Shown here: positions 26,999-38,984 of the stretch, one piece after another
Layout of the letters: the number at the start of each line of letters is the position of its first letter
Position numbering within the stretch: the stretch's first letter is position 1
Origin: Eukaryota sp. TZLM1-RC
Taxonomy: Eukaryota > Protista > Metamonada: BaSk clade
Direction: 5' to 3'
NCBI GenBank assembly: GCA_040285825.1
Contig: JAUPSS010000002.1
Location: 2,170,001 to 2,234,000, forward strand
DNA length: 64,000 bases
Made by a program: the position numbers and the translations under genes
Notes under the pieces: generated by a model
What the model saw: the letters and a program-made list of their open reading frames with translations, nothing else
The model's database searches: none
What the model was told of the DNA's origin: nothing

Positions 26999-28366
26999 TT
27001 ATTCTTGCTTTTTATTTCCACAAACTACATTTACAACCATATTTTCTAATCTAGAAGCAAAGGCATCGAGTCCAAAGATTGAAACACTTCTCTCCCTACC
27101 ATATCTTCCCATATTACGGGCAGCTATTGGATCAGCAATAACTTTGAGGAAGGCTTGGGAAAAAGACAAAGGAGTGGGATCAACTAAAAGTCCTGTAACA
27201 CCATTCGTTATTGACTCGGTTGGACCCCCAGAGTTGACCGCAACAACTGGAACCTTTGCCGCCATTGCTTCAACTGGTACAATGCCAAAGTGTTCGTTTT
27301 CTGGAGTATAAGCAAGGAGCCCTCCATCACGAGCGTGAAGAAGAAGAGAAAGTTGTTGAGAACGGGAGAAGGAGGGGAAAAAGTACACCTGATCGGTTAA
27401 TCCATAATGATCAACTAATTCCTTGCACTCAATCAACACCTCCTTGTTTTCTGGTAATCTTTCATCATATCCTCCAGCAATAACAAGTACTGATGAAGTA
27501 AAATGAGAAGGAGAAAGTTGAGAAAGTTTTGCAAAGCTATGGATTACTAGTGGAATGTTCTTTTTACGTTCAAATCTATTGATTGATAGTATACAATGTT
27601 TGAACCTTTTCAACTCACCAATTTGATTTAATTCAAAATTCTCTAAAAAGAAAGCAGATAACCTTACAGCAGGATAAAGTACTTGAGGAAAAATTTCCTT
27701 TCTGGCCAAAGAAGGAAAAGCTGCCTTGAAAACAGCTCTGGTGTATAGCGAGTTGACCAATATTTGGTTGGCCAGTCCAGTACTCCATTCCTCAAAAAAA
27801 TTCAGTGGTTTTCTATAAACATTACGTATAAATAGTGGTAACTTTGAGCTAGCCTGTATATTTTGAATAGATAATCCGGAAGAGTCTGATAAAGATTTCC
27901 CTGCACCAGGGGCCAGTAATTTATCTGGAAAATGACAGTAATAAATGACTTTGTATGAAAGGAGGCGAAGAAAGGGGATAACAATGGACACTTGGTCTAC
28001 TACAACTACATGGGGTCTAGAATGTCTATACCGCGGTAGTAAAAAATGAAAGATTAAGCAAAATGTAGTTATTAAAGTACGTATATAGGCACAAAAGGCT
28101 ATACATTTTCCAAAGACACTACGGGGAAACCAAGATCCATGGGTGTGAACTGGTATAGCATCTGAACCTTTGAGTTCATCAAAGCAACGGTTAGGATTGA
28201 AATAAGCAGTCCAAAACGAAACAGTGTGTGATTTGTCCCGAAGACCGGCAGCGGCGTCAACTACAAGACGTTCAGCACCACCAAGTCCTAAATCAGGGTG
28301 AATAAATGCTATATTAAGTTTAGATTCACAAAATTCAAGGCGCCTATTGGAGCGCTTGAACAACAT
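26999..28366 (-). CDS. ALG2: Alpha-1,3/1,6-mannosyltransferase
   Basis: AFIHPDLGLGGAERLVVDAA, YCHFPD, SINRFERKKN, YTPENEHFGIVPVEAM. Confidence 0.97.
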   Translation of the reverse strand: MLFKRSNRRLEFCESKLNIAFIHPDLGLGGAERLVVDAAAGLRDKSHTVSFWTAYFNPNRCFDELKGSDAIPVHTHGSWFPRSVFGKCIAFCAYIRTLITTFCLIFHFLLPRYRHSRPHVVVVDQVSIVIPFLRLLSYKVIYYCHFPDKLLAPGAGKSLSDSSGLSIQNIQASSKLPLFIRNVYRKPLNFFEEWSTGLANQILVNSLYTRAVFKAAFPSLARKEIFPQVLYPAVRLSAFFLENFELNQIGELKRFKHCILSINRFERKKNIPLVIHSFAKLSQLSPSHFTSSVLVIAGGYDERLPENKEVLIECKELVDHYGLTDQVYFFPSFSRSQQLSLLLHARDGGLLAYTPENEHFGIVPVEAMAAKVPVVAVNSGGPTESITNGVTGLLVDPTPLSFSQAFLKVIADPIAARNMGRYGRERSVSIFGLDAFASRLENMVVNVVCGNKKQE

Positions 28367-28579
28367 TGTGAGAAATTAGGGGATGATAAGAGTGAAAGGC
28401 TTAAACAATTGCACTGTGAATTTCTATCAAAACGCACTTCTGGCTTTTGACCAATTCATGCAATCTTGATAGACGTTAAGCTTACTTTAGATCTATCACT
28501 ATATGATATCACGATCAAATGATAGTTAAAGCAGCAACATCACAATACGCGTACAGGTACGCAATACATGGAAAAACAC

Positions 28580-31023
28580 TTATCTATGGGGTCTCCGGAA
28601 CGCCTCAGGTCTTTCATTGTAGTAGTGCTCACTTATGGCAATCTCCAGTTGGTTTCTGGAAGCTGAGATGTCCCTCGACCAGAGTGTCTGACATTGAGGG
28701 CATACAAACTTATCATTGTTCACTCTCCCATCATCGTGATACAACTTTTGATTGAATACCTTACAGCAATTCGTTTTGGCAGATGTGTAGAATTCATCTC
28801 CATTAGGCTTCACATATGTAAAATGTTTCTGAATCTCCTTCAAAAAGCGCTTCCTTGGGGGTTTTCACAGATTGTCTTGATGGCCCATCACCTCCACTAC
28901 CAAACCAAATTATGGTTTCTCTTCCATTAGCCATTAGTTTAATTTTTTCAATAAATCCCATTATTCTTTTTTGCCTTTCTACAAAGAAATCAAACTTGTT
29001 GCGGCGCAGGGCTCGGCGATCTCCATTTATCAGCAGTTGGTCTAGTATAGTGTTCGGACGGAAGTCGGGATTGCTGATTTCTTCCTGTGTCGGTACCCAC
29101 ATCAAAGGCATTGCTATTTCATTAAGATATTTGTGTAAATTCTTAGCAAAATAGCAATTTGGTGATGCATGGGTCAGGACTGGTGGGTGAATGATCTTCC
29201 TTGCCTTTGGATTCAGAACAAGGCCCGAAAGTTGATGATTAACATTGTTATTATCAATTCTTGATCCAATTGAATAACCACACAAATTTTTGTGATAAAC
29301 TTTGGTAAAAGAAGGGCAGATTTAGTTGCTCCAGGGATCGATGGTGTTCTCAATGTTGTAGATGTTGTCTCAGTTGATGTTTGCAAAAATTTTGCTGCTC
29401 GTTTAGTGTATTCCGCTGATTCGCCGTTATCTAACGCCGAAAAAAAGAAGATAAAAAAATATGAAGAACCTTTGGCACAGTTAGGTAGAGTGGAACATGT
29501 GAAATATCATTTTGTGCCGTTTGCCATTTCTCTTTTTGGCAATATTGGACCTTCAGGGTTGCACTTTTTTGAAAATTTTAAAAAAGTGTTACTGAATAGG
29601 TCTGGTAAAACAATGAACTCCACTTTCTGGTTAAATAGAATTGTTTTTTGCATTTTCAAGTCTATTCCAACAATGATTTCAAAGGCACTTTTAGCTATTG
29701 GTGTAGAATATGAACGTAATGCTGTGAGTAGGTTCAGTAATAGTGACGCTTGTTTGGAGGATATTGAATTCTAGATGGGTTTTTTTATCTCAATAAATAT
29801 TCCAGTTTTCTAAAAAAAATTGTGATTAGGATCAAATACACAAAATGAATATTCAATTGGATCAACTGGCGGAGGCTCATAGGCGTCGTCAGTTCTTCGA
29901 CGTTGCCTTGGACGGACCTGTTGTTGAAGTGTAGAGTTTCGCTTCCGACTCTTTGCAGGTATATCGAGTTCCCCACTGGCTATGGTGGTTGCCCATTCTC
30001 TGGCTGTCCGGCGATTCTTATTTTTTTGGGGGCAAAAGAAAAAGTGAAGCGGACTGAAACAGCATCTGAACTGATTGTGTAAGTCAGATACTTCTTTTTT
30101 CTGAAAAAGGCAAACGGATCTTTCAGCAGACAGTGGTTGGCATTAAAAGAGAGAAAATGCTTTTCCAGTTTTTGACTAAAAGAGATAAAGCCAGGAGAAT
30201 AACTGGGGGATGGGGACACGGCATTTCTTCGCATGGTATCAGATGCAATATTTTCCAGAAAGGATAAAATATTTAGCCCAGCAGTGAATAAGAAGGTGAT
30301 GTTGTCTGGACTGAGATCAACATTGTCCAGCATCAACATAGCGTCAAAACGATGAGGGTCGGCAACCTGCTGAATAAATAGGTCCATTATGTACTCATGG
30401 TGACCTTCATCACACCATGCGCGCAAAGAGTCAGGAATAGTGGCTGCAGTCGTGTTCACCACTAATGAAGCATATTTCTTTGGGCAAGGGCACTCAAAGA
30501 AGATAGCCATTGTCCGGAAGAAGTTCAGCTTCCAGGAGACAGGGGCATCAGTAAGTAATTGACAAAAGCTGTTCACCATTTGCAGTGCGCGAAAGCTTCT
30601 AATGTCAGAGTGGCACCAGTTGTCGGTTCCCTTCTGAAAGCCAATAGGAGGAAACGGCCAGCCAGGTCGGAAAGAGACATCATAGAGTGCGCGGTACACT
30701 TCCATATGATTCTCGAATGGGCGTCTCACAGTCGGATGAGGTACCATTACAAAGTCTTGACATTGATACCAAAACTGTTGTTGATATAACCAGAAAGCCA
30801 TTTCCGGATATTGCAGGACGAACAGCTGTGCTAACCGGGCAGTAAGCACAGTGACAGTTCGAATATAGCGAAACTGTCTTTCCATTGAAACAAGAGCTGC
30901 AGTAGAGAAGAACTGAGCAGCACTTGCTGGAACTGTCGTCTTGCTGTCGTTTATTGGCTGCTCACGACGGTTAACCTCCCAGGGGAGTACACGCTCTCGA
31001 CGTGGCAACTCTGTATTTGCCAT
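28580..31023 (-). pseudogene. Near-full-length Fanzor nuclease (about 637 aa reconstructed), disrupted by a LINE insertion
   Basis: TISSDAVSV, RuvC-I FCVFDPNHKNL (after removing the insert), IIWFGSG, RuvC-II GDEFYTS, Zn CC...CPQC, RuvC-III WSRDISASRN, terminal RPEAFRR. Frameshifts at T7 30021-30027 and G5 28857-28861. Confidence 0.9.
29297..29819 (+). mobile_element. 5'-truncated CRE-like (RLE) non-LTR retrotransposon inside the Fanzor
   Basis: RRADLV...VDVVSVD...KKIKKY, AATAAA at 29792, A8 tail 29812-29819, 7-bp TSD TTGTGAT at 29290-29296 and 29820-29826. Confidence 0.92.
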
Positions 31024-31548
31024 TGGGGTGAATATGTCAGTCGAGAAAAGATCAGACAGTCAACAATAAAAATTTGATTTATTCACAACTTCTTACATCT
31101 ATACAATCACAAAGCCTGAGCAAAATGATAATTAAACACTATAATACGTGATATTTTGCCGCAACTATTTTCTTTCGTGAAAAGATTACAGTTGAAGGAG
31201 TTTTTTAGGTGATAACATTAGCATATCCAATCAAGAAAACGTGTTGTTTCAATGAGTTCGAATAAAGGTTTTTTCATAATCTGATCAACTTGACACTTCT
31301 TCAATCTTAAAATAGAAACCACTCAACCTAACAATGACTCTTGACAGGACAACATTCACAACTTCTCTCTTACACGAACTCTATCTTCTCTGATGTAAAG
31401 ACTTGACAACGTCAGCGAAAACAACATTTCTGACTCCCTTACACCTACAATTGTCTCGTTCCTAACTAACAATAGTACGCTAACCACATTCGCTCTTGGC
31501 CTTTCTCCTAGGAACCAACCTAAATAGACAAAAGCTTGATTTCTTAAG

Positions 31549-31860
31549 TTACTTCAAAACTATACATTGTTCTTCAACTTTCGCTTTCGCTACTGGTGAT
31601 AATGTATTGAGATCAGGTTGTTGCATCGGACTCATAGGTATACCAGCACCTTCAGTACCCTTTCCAGCAGCCTTTAGACTGTCATCAGTGGGTTCAATAA
31701 CTTTGGTTTGAGACTGTTGTTTCTTAAACACCTCTGATCTCCCTCTTCCATCCAGAATGTGTTCAGCCAACATCAGAGTATCTAGAGCAGAATTGGTATC
31801 TCGATTCCACAGCGTTTTGCATTGATTACACTGCCTCAAACCCCATGAAACTGCTTGTCG
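31549..31860 (-). pseudogene. Fanzor C-terminal remnant C
   Basis: VSWGLRQCNQCKTLWNRDTNSALD...GRGRSEVFKK (Zn finger plus RuvC-III). Confidence 0.8.
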
Positions 31861-32941
31861 ACTTTTATAGTATTACGTAATTGTCTTGTTTATTAAGATT
31901 AGGTTTGTGACGTTGTTTTCCACTACAAAATGAGTGGTAAATTTATTCAAATAAATTTATTGTCTTTGGAAAGTTCTGCATAAATACCCTCAAATATTTC
32001 AAAATGCTCCCTTGCCTCCTCCAGCCTTGCAAAGTAAATCAATCAGATAAGTGTATTAAGTAATAGGTAATAAAGCAATTGTAGATATTTGGAGAAAAAA
32101 TGAAATTCTGAGAATTTCAAATTCCCCAATACAATTTCTTTAAACTGTTGATCGGCCTTGATTAACTGCTTCCACAAAAGCAGTTCAGCCATGGTGTAAA
32201 AGGGGGGAGTTATGTACTTTGATTCGAGTAGCTTCACTTCTTTGTCTGTTACCTTCATAAGCAACCTACAATTCTGAATAGTCCAACTTATGTGTAAAAA
32301 ATTGTGAATTGATTCGTTTGAAAGCAGTAATTTTTGAGTTGATTTGTGTTGACAAATTAGTTAAATACCGAAGTGTGACAACTGTTCCAGTAACAGCGGC
32401 GCAAGAAGGCTTTTTAATAAAAATAAGGCACCATGCTTGAAAAACATTCCTATGTCCTATGTATTTTAACAATATTTTTTTTCATTTTTTAATTGATTAC
32501 TTTTTCAGCAATTTAATCAAATAAAGTTAATTACTTGAATTCATGACTGCCCCTATTTATTTTTTTATTTTATTGTAATTTATCTTTAGAGTTGTGTCTG
32601 TGACAGATACCATGTTGTTGGTAGCTTTCTTATTTAGTTGATTTTCATTAACGCCTATACATTTTGACGTCGTATTTTGTCTGAAGACCCTAATTCAGAT
32701 CCTGGCAATGGTAAAAAGCCACATATAATTCGTCGAATTGCCATTGTGTTGCCTTAGGTTGCAAAAGTGGTTGAGATAAAGATAATTTATTTTCTATTCA
32801 TATTATAAAAGCCTTAGGGCGCCAACACTGCTTCTTCCCCTTTTTCAAAGATAATAGGCTTATATAAATATGAATCTAAACTATATACGAATAACTAAAA
32901 AACTACAAATAATCTAAACTAATCTAAACTAAGAATTAGCA

Positions 32942-34266
32942 TCACTTCCTAATTCTAGTACTGCGTCTAGGCCTCTTGCAAGGCGTAGAGTTATTGGAGG
33001 TACTCTTACGTTGACTAGTAGTACGTTTTCCAATTTTCTTGTTATTCCTACTGAACAATTTGTAAGCTTCTGAATGTTTAACTGAATGGAGAGGCTCTTC
33101 TGTTGTCTCACCGCCAAACCATTGAACAGTACAGAAACTACCTGAGTCAGAATTATATTCTGAGAGGATTTTCTCTATAACATGTTTCTCAGCATCGCCT
33201 GCTGCGACTGCCTTAAGAAACTCGATATCCTGTGGGTTATCTGCGTTATAGATTTTGCAATCTTTCTTAGCAGCCTTTAATTCGCTGCCAGTGATAAGAT
33301 TCTTTAATAATAAAGTGGAGGTGGAAGGTTGGTCTATTACTAGAAAGGGTCCGTTCCAAGATCCATGTAATTTATTATTCTGTTTGGTTTTACGTAGGAC
33401 ATAGTCACCAATATTAAATACTATAGAGCGTGAATTAGTATTGTCTACTGAAATCGGAGTATTTAATGATTGATGTCGCTCTGCTTCTTCCCTTTTTTCT
33501 TGCAGACGAGTATGTTTCATTTTAATATCGTCTAATAAAGGTATATTGGAATCAAATTTTGATAAGTTTCCTAATATGTTTGCAGGGTCCGATCTTGGAC
33601 TAATCGAAGATCCGAACATTAGTTCGTAAGGTGTAAAACCTGTCTTTCTGCTTTTAGTGGAATTTATTAATAGTTGGGATATGGGTACATAAGTAGACCA
33701 ATTTCCATAATCATTAAAATCTATTAATTATTTCCTCAAGCATTGTAGTACGTCTCTATGTTTTCGTTCTACGAGTCCATTACTTTCGGAGTAGTGGGGT
33801 ATTGAGTTACTCATCTCAATAGCTAATCTATTACACACTATCTTAAAAGTCTCATTGGCGAACTCAGGACCATTATCGCTATGAATTAACATAGGTATGC
33901 CAAAAATTGCGCAAACGTTCCAAATCAAAGCGTCTGCGGTCTCTAAAGCATTGAGTTCCTTCAGAGGGACTAAAATTGAATATCCAGTAAAAGAATCTAC
34001 AAATACTAATAAGTATTTATTACCATCACTATCAGTATTCAGAGGTCCAATTGTGTCGACATTTAGACTAGCAAAAGGACGATATGCCCAAAGGGAACCT
34101 GTGGAAGGTGTTTTTATTCTTTTAACTGGTGCCGTTTTTTGACAAGTTGGGCATCTTTTGATGTGGTTTATGAGGTCCTTTCTCATATTAGGCCAGAAAA
34201 AGTCGCTTTTGGACAGTTTATGTAGACTGTCGTTTCTGCTGGGGTGGCCTGATTGAACCAATCCAT
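32942..34266 (-). pseudogene. Gypsy integrase with GPF motif and chromodomain
   Basis: HHCC (H..SGH...CPTC), DDE (VDTIGP, SDNGPEF, NGLVER), WNGPF, chromodomain VIEKIL...VQW...TEEP. One in-frame TAA at 33728. Confidence 0.9.
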
Positions 34267-36788
34267 GACGTTACAGAATGTACAAAACTTAGATCCCTCC
34301 CGTTCATGATTTCTGGGACATATTTGTTTTGGGGAGTTCCTTTGGTTCCGCCTCCCGAGCGACGTTTAGCATCTGGACCAGATGGATGTGCTCCTCTAGA
34401 GGACGTTCTCATGGTCGAAAAGCCTAATGAAATATCATCTTCTCTTTCAGCTTGTTTTCTTAAAAGTTCCATGGTGTGCCTATTTCCTGTTGTCTGGCAC
34501 CAAGCTAAAAGATGTCTTCTGGTGGTCGAGATCAGGTCTAAGAAAGTTGTTCCTGTTAAAGGGTCCCAGAGATCTTCTCTTGTCCAATGGCTTGCCAGCT
34601 CCTTGGTAATGGCGAAATTATCTATACCCAAGAGAAACTATTCTGCAATAAGGGCGGCTGAGAGGGTTATTAAACCGCTGCTTCCCCTAATTGATGCAGA
34701 TATGGAGTGATCAACCATTTAACTGGTCATCCTCAGGACGTCTCCAAAATCTTCGACGAACCTTCCAAATTCATTGTCCGCATCTACTTTGTTGTGGATG
34801 TTTCTCCAATTTATACATGGTTTTGCTAGGGCAGAGCAAGCCTCATGATATGAGGTAAATTGTGTCCTGCGTAGCAGAAAAACCATTAGGTCAGCGTCTG
34901 AGAAGTCCGGTCTTAGAAGTCCTTGGCCTTGCCATCTAGAGATGAGATGGGGGTCGACCATGCTTGATAAGCCGGATGGACAAGTACTAATCATCATGCT
35001 TCTAAATAAGTCATAATGATGGATAGGAGGTCCCAGACGATTCGTCAGCTCTGGGTCGATCCTTAAGAGTGGCTGTTTCATGTCCCTGTCTATTTCTTCT
35101 CTGATGTGAGATGGGAGAGATAATAAGAGCTCAGGGATAATCTGGGTCTTTCCTTCACCAAAAATTTGCGTTGCTATCAACATAGCACGAGACCAATCAG
35201 ATTGACCAGGGGCTTGAAAACTTCTATTAGCTATCTTACGCCCGTATTTATCCCATGTTTGGAACTTGAGGAGGAAGGAGACGAGAGACATCTTGTTGAG
35301 TGGGTCCTTCTCGGATAAATGATGAGCTTTGTATTCAGCTGACCTAGGCTGAGAGTCCACATGTCTCTGAAGACTACTCGCTATACTCATGTCCAATATA
35401 TTTCTAGAGGCTTGGAGGTCTTCCAAACGGAGAGGATCATCAGAAGTAACTCTTCTACGAGGGGGTTGAGGAGGAGGTGTTTCATCTAAACTAGGTCCTC
35501 TCAACTCGACTTCGTCTTCTGATGCGCTAGTGAACATAGGTTGGGAGGAACTTGATGGTTCCTGAACCACTCTGGTAGGTCTGTTTACTCGTTCTGTTAC
35601 ATCTACTGTTGGGATGTGGTCAGGGAGTACGTCGATAGAACAGACTTGTACCGGTTGCTCTTTTTCCGATATAATGGGGGCAATTATAGGAAGTTTAGGT
35701 CTCTGGTGGAGCTCTGTTGATTGATCGCCCGTGACCAAGAACCTGAACTCCTTCTTCCTTGTTGTGGATTCCCCAAATTGCTGAATAAAGTTAATTGGGC
35801 GGCTCCTAAATGTGGATACGCTTGAACGTTCCGTAAGAATATTATTTAGGGCGTCCGCGTCAAAGAAGTCACTGACGGGTTCCAACTTACTTGGATTTAT
35901 GCTGTCTGCTTGTTCCATGTATTCTCTGAAACAAGTAGGAGCCCCGTCCTCTACCTCTGAGAAGTTATGGATGATCGTATCAAAGTACGAGTCCATCCAT
36001 GCCGGTAATTTGGTTTCCAGGATGTCGTCGGTATCGGTTCTGCTCCTTCGTTCGATGGCCAAGAACCTGATCCTTCTCCGGAACTGGTCCAAGTGAATGG
36101 CTTCCCAATCAGGCCTATCTTTGATAGGTTTTGCCAGAATCACATGGATTTCTCTATCCATACCGGTTATCCTAGGACGGCGTTCTGCCCCGCGTCCATA
36201 GGTTTCTCTACTCAAAGTGTCCAACGCGTTAATAAGTTCCCTTCTCTCATTTTGAGGGAATTCGTAGACTCTATTAGGGTCCCCTTTATGGCCCAGAGTC
36301 TGGAATCCCACATTTCTACCAGATTTTGTCATTTGCTTCCAAAGGGGAGGGAGCTGCTCGAACAAACAGTAATCTGTAGGTTCAAGGTGGGCTTCCGCGT
36401 CCTTTATTATCTGCTGGCGAAGCTCTTTCTCTTCATCGTCCATTTCTTCTAAAACGGACTGGAGTTCTTCGTAGTCCTTTAGAGCAGACGAAGTATCTGA
36501 GCTTAACCCAACATTTTCTTTAGGTGAGGAGGGGGGTGGTCCCGTTCCTGAAACCTTATCTGGTTTGTTGGACATGGAAGAGGCGGGAGGTGGTTCCGCG
36601 CCTGGTTCCATATCTTTCTCATGAGGAGGGGCGGAGGGTGGTCTCGAGCCCGAGTCCTCTTTTTTATTCGACTCTTCAGTCCTTACTGATGTTGTATGTA
36701 TGCTAGAAGCATCTCTGTCGTACTGTTGCATCTGTTCAATGTAAAAAATTTGACTAGAGTCAGTGTCCTGGCGAGGAGAGGCTGACAT
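34267..36788 (-). pseudogene. Gag-like ORF of the LTR element
   Basis: 689-aa ORF just inside the 5' LTR. It continues in frame through two stops and then, after a frameshift, to a truncated zinc knuckle (KFCTFCNV). Confidence 0.7.
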
Positions 36789-37299
36789 GATATCTGCTGA
36801 AGATATCCTCTGTTTGATTGCTGTAAGTTGTGTAAGCGGTATACCTATAACCTAATACGGCCAATAATTATTGTTGCCTCAGGTTGCAAAAGTGGTTGAG
36901 ATAAAGATAATTTATTTTCTTCTCATATTATAAAAGCCTTAGGGCGCCAACAATTGGCGAATCAATTACTCGTTCCTTTGCTTCAATTGTTTTATATCGT
37001 GTTGCTTCAAAGGCTGCCAAATTTTGGCCCCTTTTCAATTTCGAATTGAAACAATTGGTCTACTTCAGGGTGATAGGCGAAGTCGGTGGTGACCCAATAC
37101 GTATTGATGGTCTAGGCTGTTCGTTATGTGGCATGTAGTAGATTTAATGTAATATATTACGGCGAAATAGAATTCCCTCAACTTAACGTTGAACTAAATT
37201 AACTAAAATTCTAAAGTTATTAATACTTTTTAAAACTAACATCGGCTGATTCGCGGTATGAAGATATAAAATTCTAAGTTGGTTTGTTTGTTTTCGTTG

Positions 37300-37660
37300 A
37301 AATCAATAAATTTGTATGAAAAAAAAAAGAATTTACAACTCTCACAATTGCAATGCTGTAAGACATTACATGTAGTAACTGGCTTCTTTTTCCGATAAAT
37401 GGATCTGGGTTTGTGTTTACTCAAAAGAATATCAACATATTCGAAACAAATCGGCAATTTGCTGAAGTGAACACTTCATTACTCATCAATACTTTCATCC
37501 GATTGTTTAGAAATTGAATTCCTCTATTTCTTCGAGTTGGTCTATGACATTTTATATTTTCAAAGCTGTTTTTACCATGAACACCCATTAGAATTAAAGT
37601 GTCTTTTGAATCCTTGTTCATTTTTGCACTCTTAAAATACAACAGACAATTGTACATCCC
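37300..37660 (-). pseudogene. Fanzor remnant D (RuvC-II/Zn region)
   Basis: LILMG...HRPTR...VLMSNEVFTSANC, KPR...HCNCESC. Confidence 0.65.
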
Positions 37661-38984
37661 CTAGAAATATGTCAATTAACAAAAAGCTTATCTGTATTGA
37701 AATTGTAAATTTGAAAGGTAAATGGTGTAAAAAGATCATAAAAAAGTTCGTCATGTTCATTGTTTCTAATATCATGTCGTTAAAATACACTTCAAAACTC
37801 ACTTCAGAAAATATGATATATTTTCAGGTGCAAGTCTTCTAAAACTCAAATAATTTCCATTCTAATCAATTAAAAAAATGTTATTCAATAGCCCAAAATT
37901 CGTAATATGAAATCATTGTAGACAGTGGCACTGCTTACCAAGCCAGCTTGTGTGTTTTTGTTAGTATATCTTCCATATCTGTTTTCTCAAAATAAACGTT
38001 AATGAAACGATTGATAAGTTTTTCACAATTTCAAATTGTTATCAAGATCAGCAAACATTACCGTTGCCATAGACTCGAAAGGTCCACTGAAGCCATCAGT
38101 TGGTAATTGAGGAAATAGTTTTGAAAGGTTTGTATAACTCAACGTATTGTTTAATTTTGGTTGTTGTAAAGAAGTTGTCAATCTATAAATTTCTTCACCA
38201 TAAACAGCGTCTTCCATGACTTGTGGAATTGCATCTCTTGGTTTTGACATTTGTTGTTCAAAGAAATATCAGAAATACAACATTTGAAGGATGAACAATT
38301 GATTTTACAGCTGTATGAATAGTTTTATGTGATCAAACTTGTCATTTTGAAACACCACAAAAGGTTTGAGACAAAGGATACCGTTATAAATACCGTATTG
38401 AATTAAGTTATTCAGACATGAAGCAGTGGTCAAACAATCAATAGGTAAAACATCAGTAAATTGGTCATAAAGTTCAACTTTCTTCTCATCGTATTAAATG
38501 ACTACAATTTCTCAATTCGATTGTTTACTTTTGGACATAGTTGAAGATTACGTCATGACGAATTTTGTAATGGTTTTATTTTCAAACTTTTACACATTTA
38601 ACTAATCACGTGAAGTGAATACCCAAAAACAAACTGCAATCTCTTCCTGTCATTCAATTTGAATTATTTGAATTGTGCAATAAACTGTCAACTTTCCAAA
38701 ACAATTTTGTTCCACTATGAGTCTTCATGTTCCTTCAGAATTCTCGTTTCACAGTACAAAAAGCAATCATCCCATGTTTTTATAATGTTCTTAATCATTA
38801 TTGATCTTGTAGCTCTATTGTGCATTTGTTTATAGTTCTAATGAATACAGATTATTATAAATGAAGAAACATTATTTCGCAAGTTGTGAACAGTCCATGT
38901 ACACTGCTGTTATGACAAATTGGGTTTGAGTGTAATATTCAACTATGCTTATGGATGATTCCAGTTTTTCATGTAAAAAATATT

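Larger units (their letters stand above)
32747..36952 (-). mobile_element. Ty3/Gypsy chromodomain-type LTR retrotransposon, internally deleted (no PR/RT/RNase H)
   Basis: 81-bp LTRs at 32747-32827 and 36872-36952 (TGTTG...CAACA, 3 mismatches). TSD ATTG at 32743-32746 and 36953-36956. Polypurine tract at about 32831-32846. Confidence 0.95.
32665..37070 (+). mobile_element. CRE-like RT fragment split by the LTR element (pieces 32665-32746 and 36957-37070)
   Basis: Joining across the TSD reads KKPHIIRRIAIGESITRSFASIV...APFQF, the RT domain RPIAxGE region. Confidence 0.6.

Noticed and set aside
31640-31700. Hammerhead-like CTGATGA...GAAA on the minus strand after Fanzor C
   Set aside because: Three extra nucleotides lie between stem II and GAAA, and no stem I/III pairing with an NUH site could be built.
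33728-34721. In-frame TAA/TAG in gag and integrase suggesting stop-to-Gln recoding
   Set aside because: Host genes have long stop-free ORFs and terminate at TAA. In-frame stops occur only in decayed TEs.
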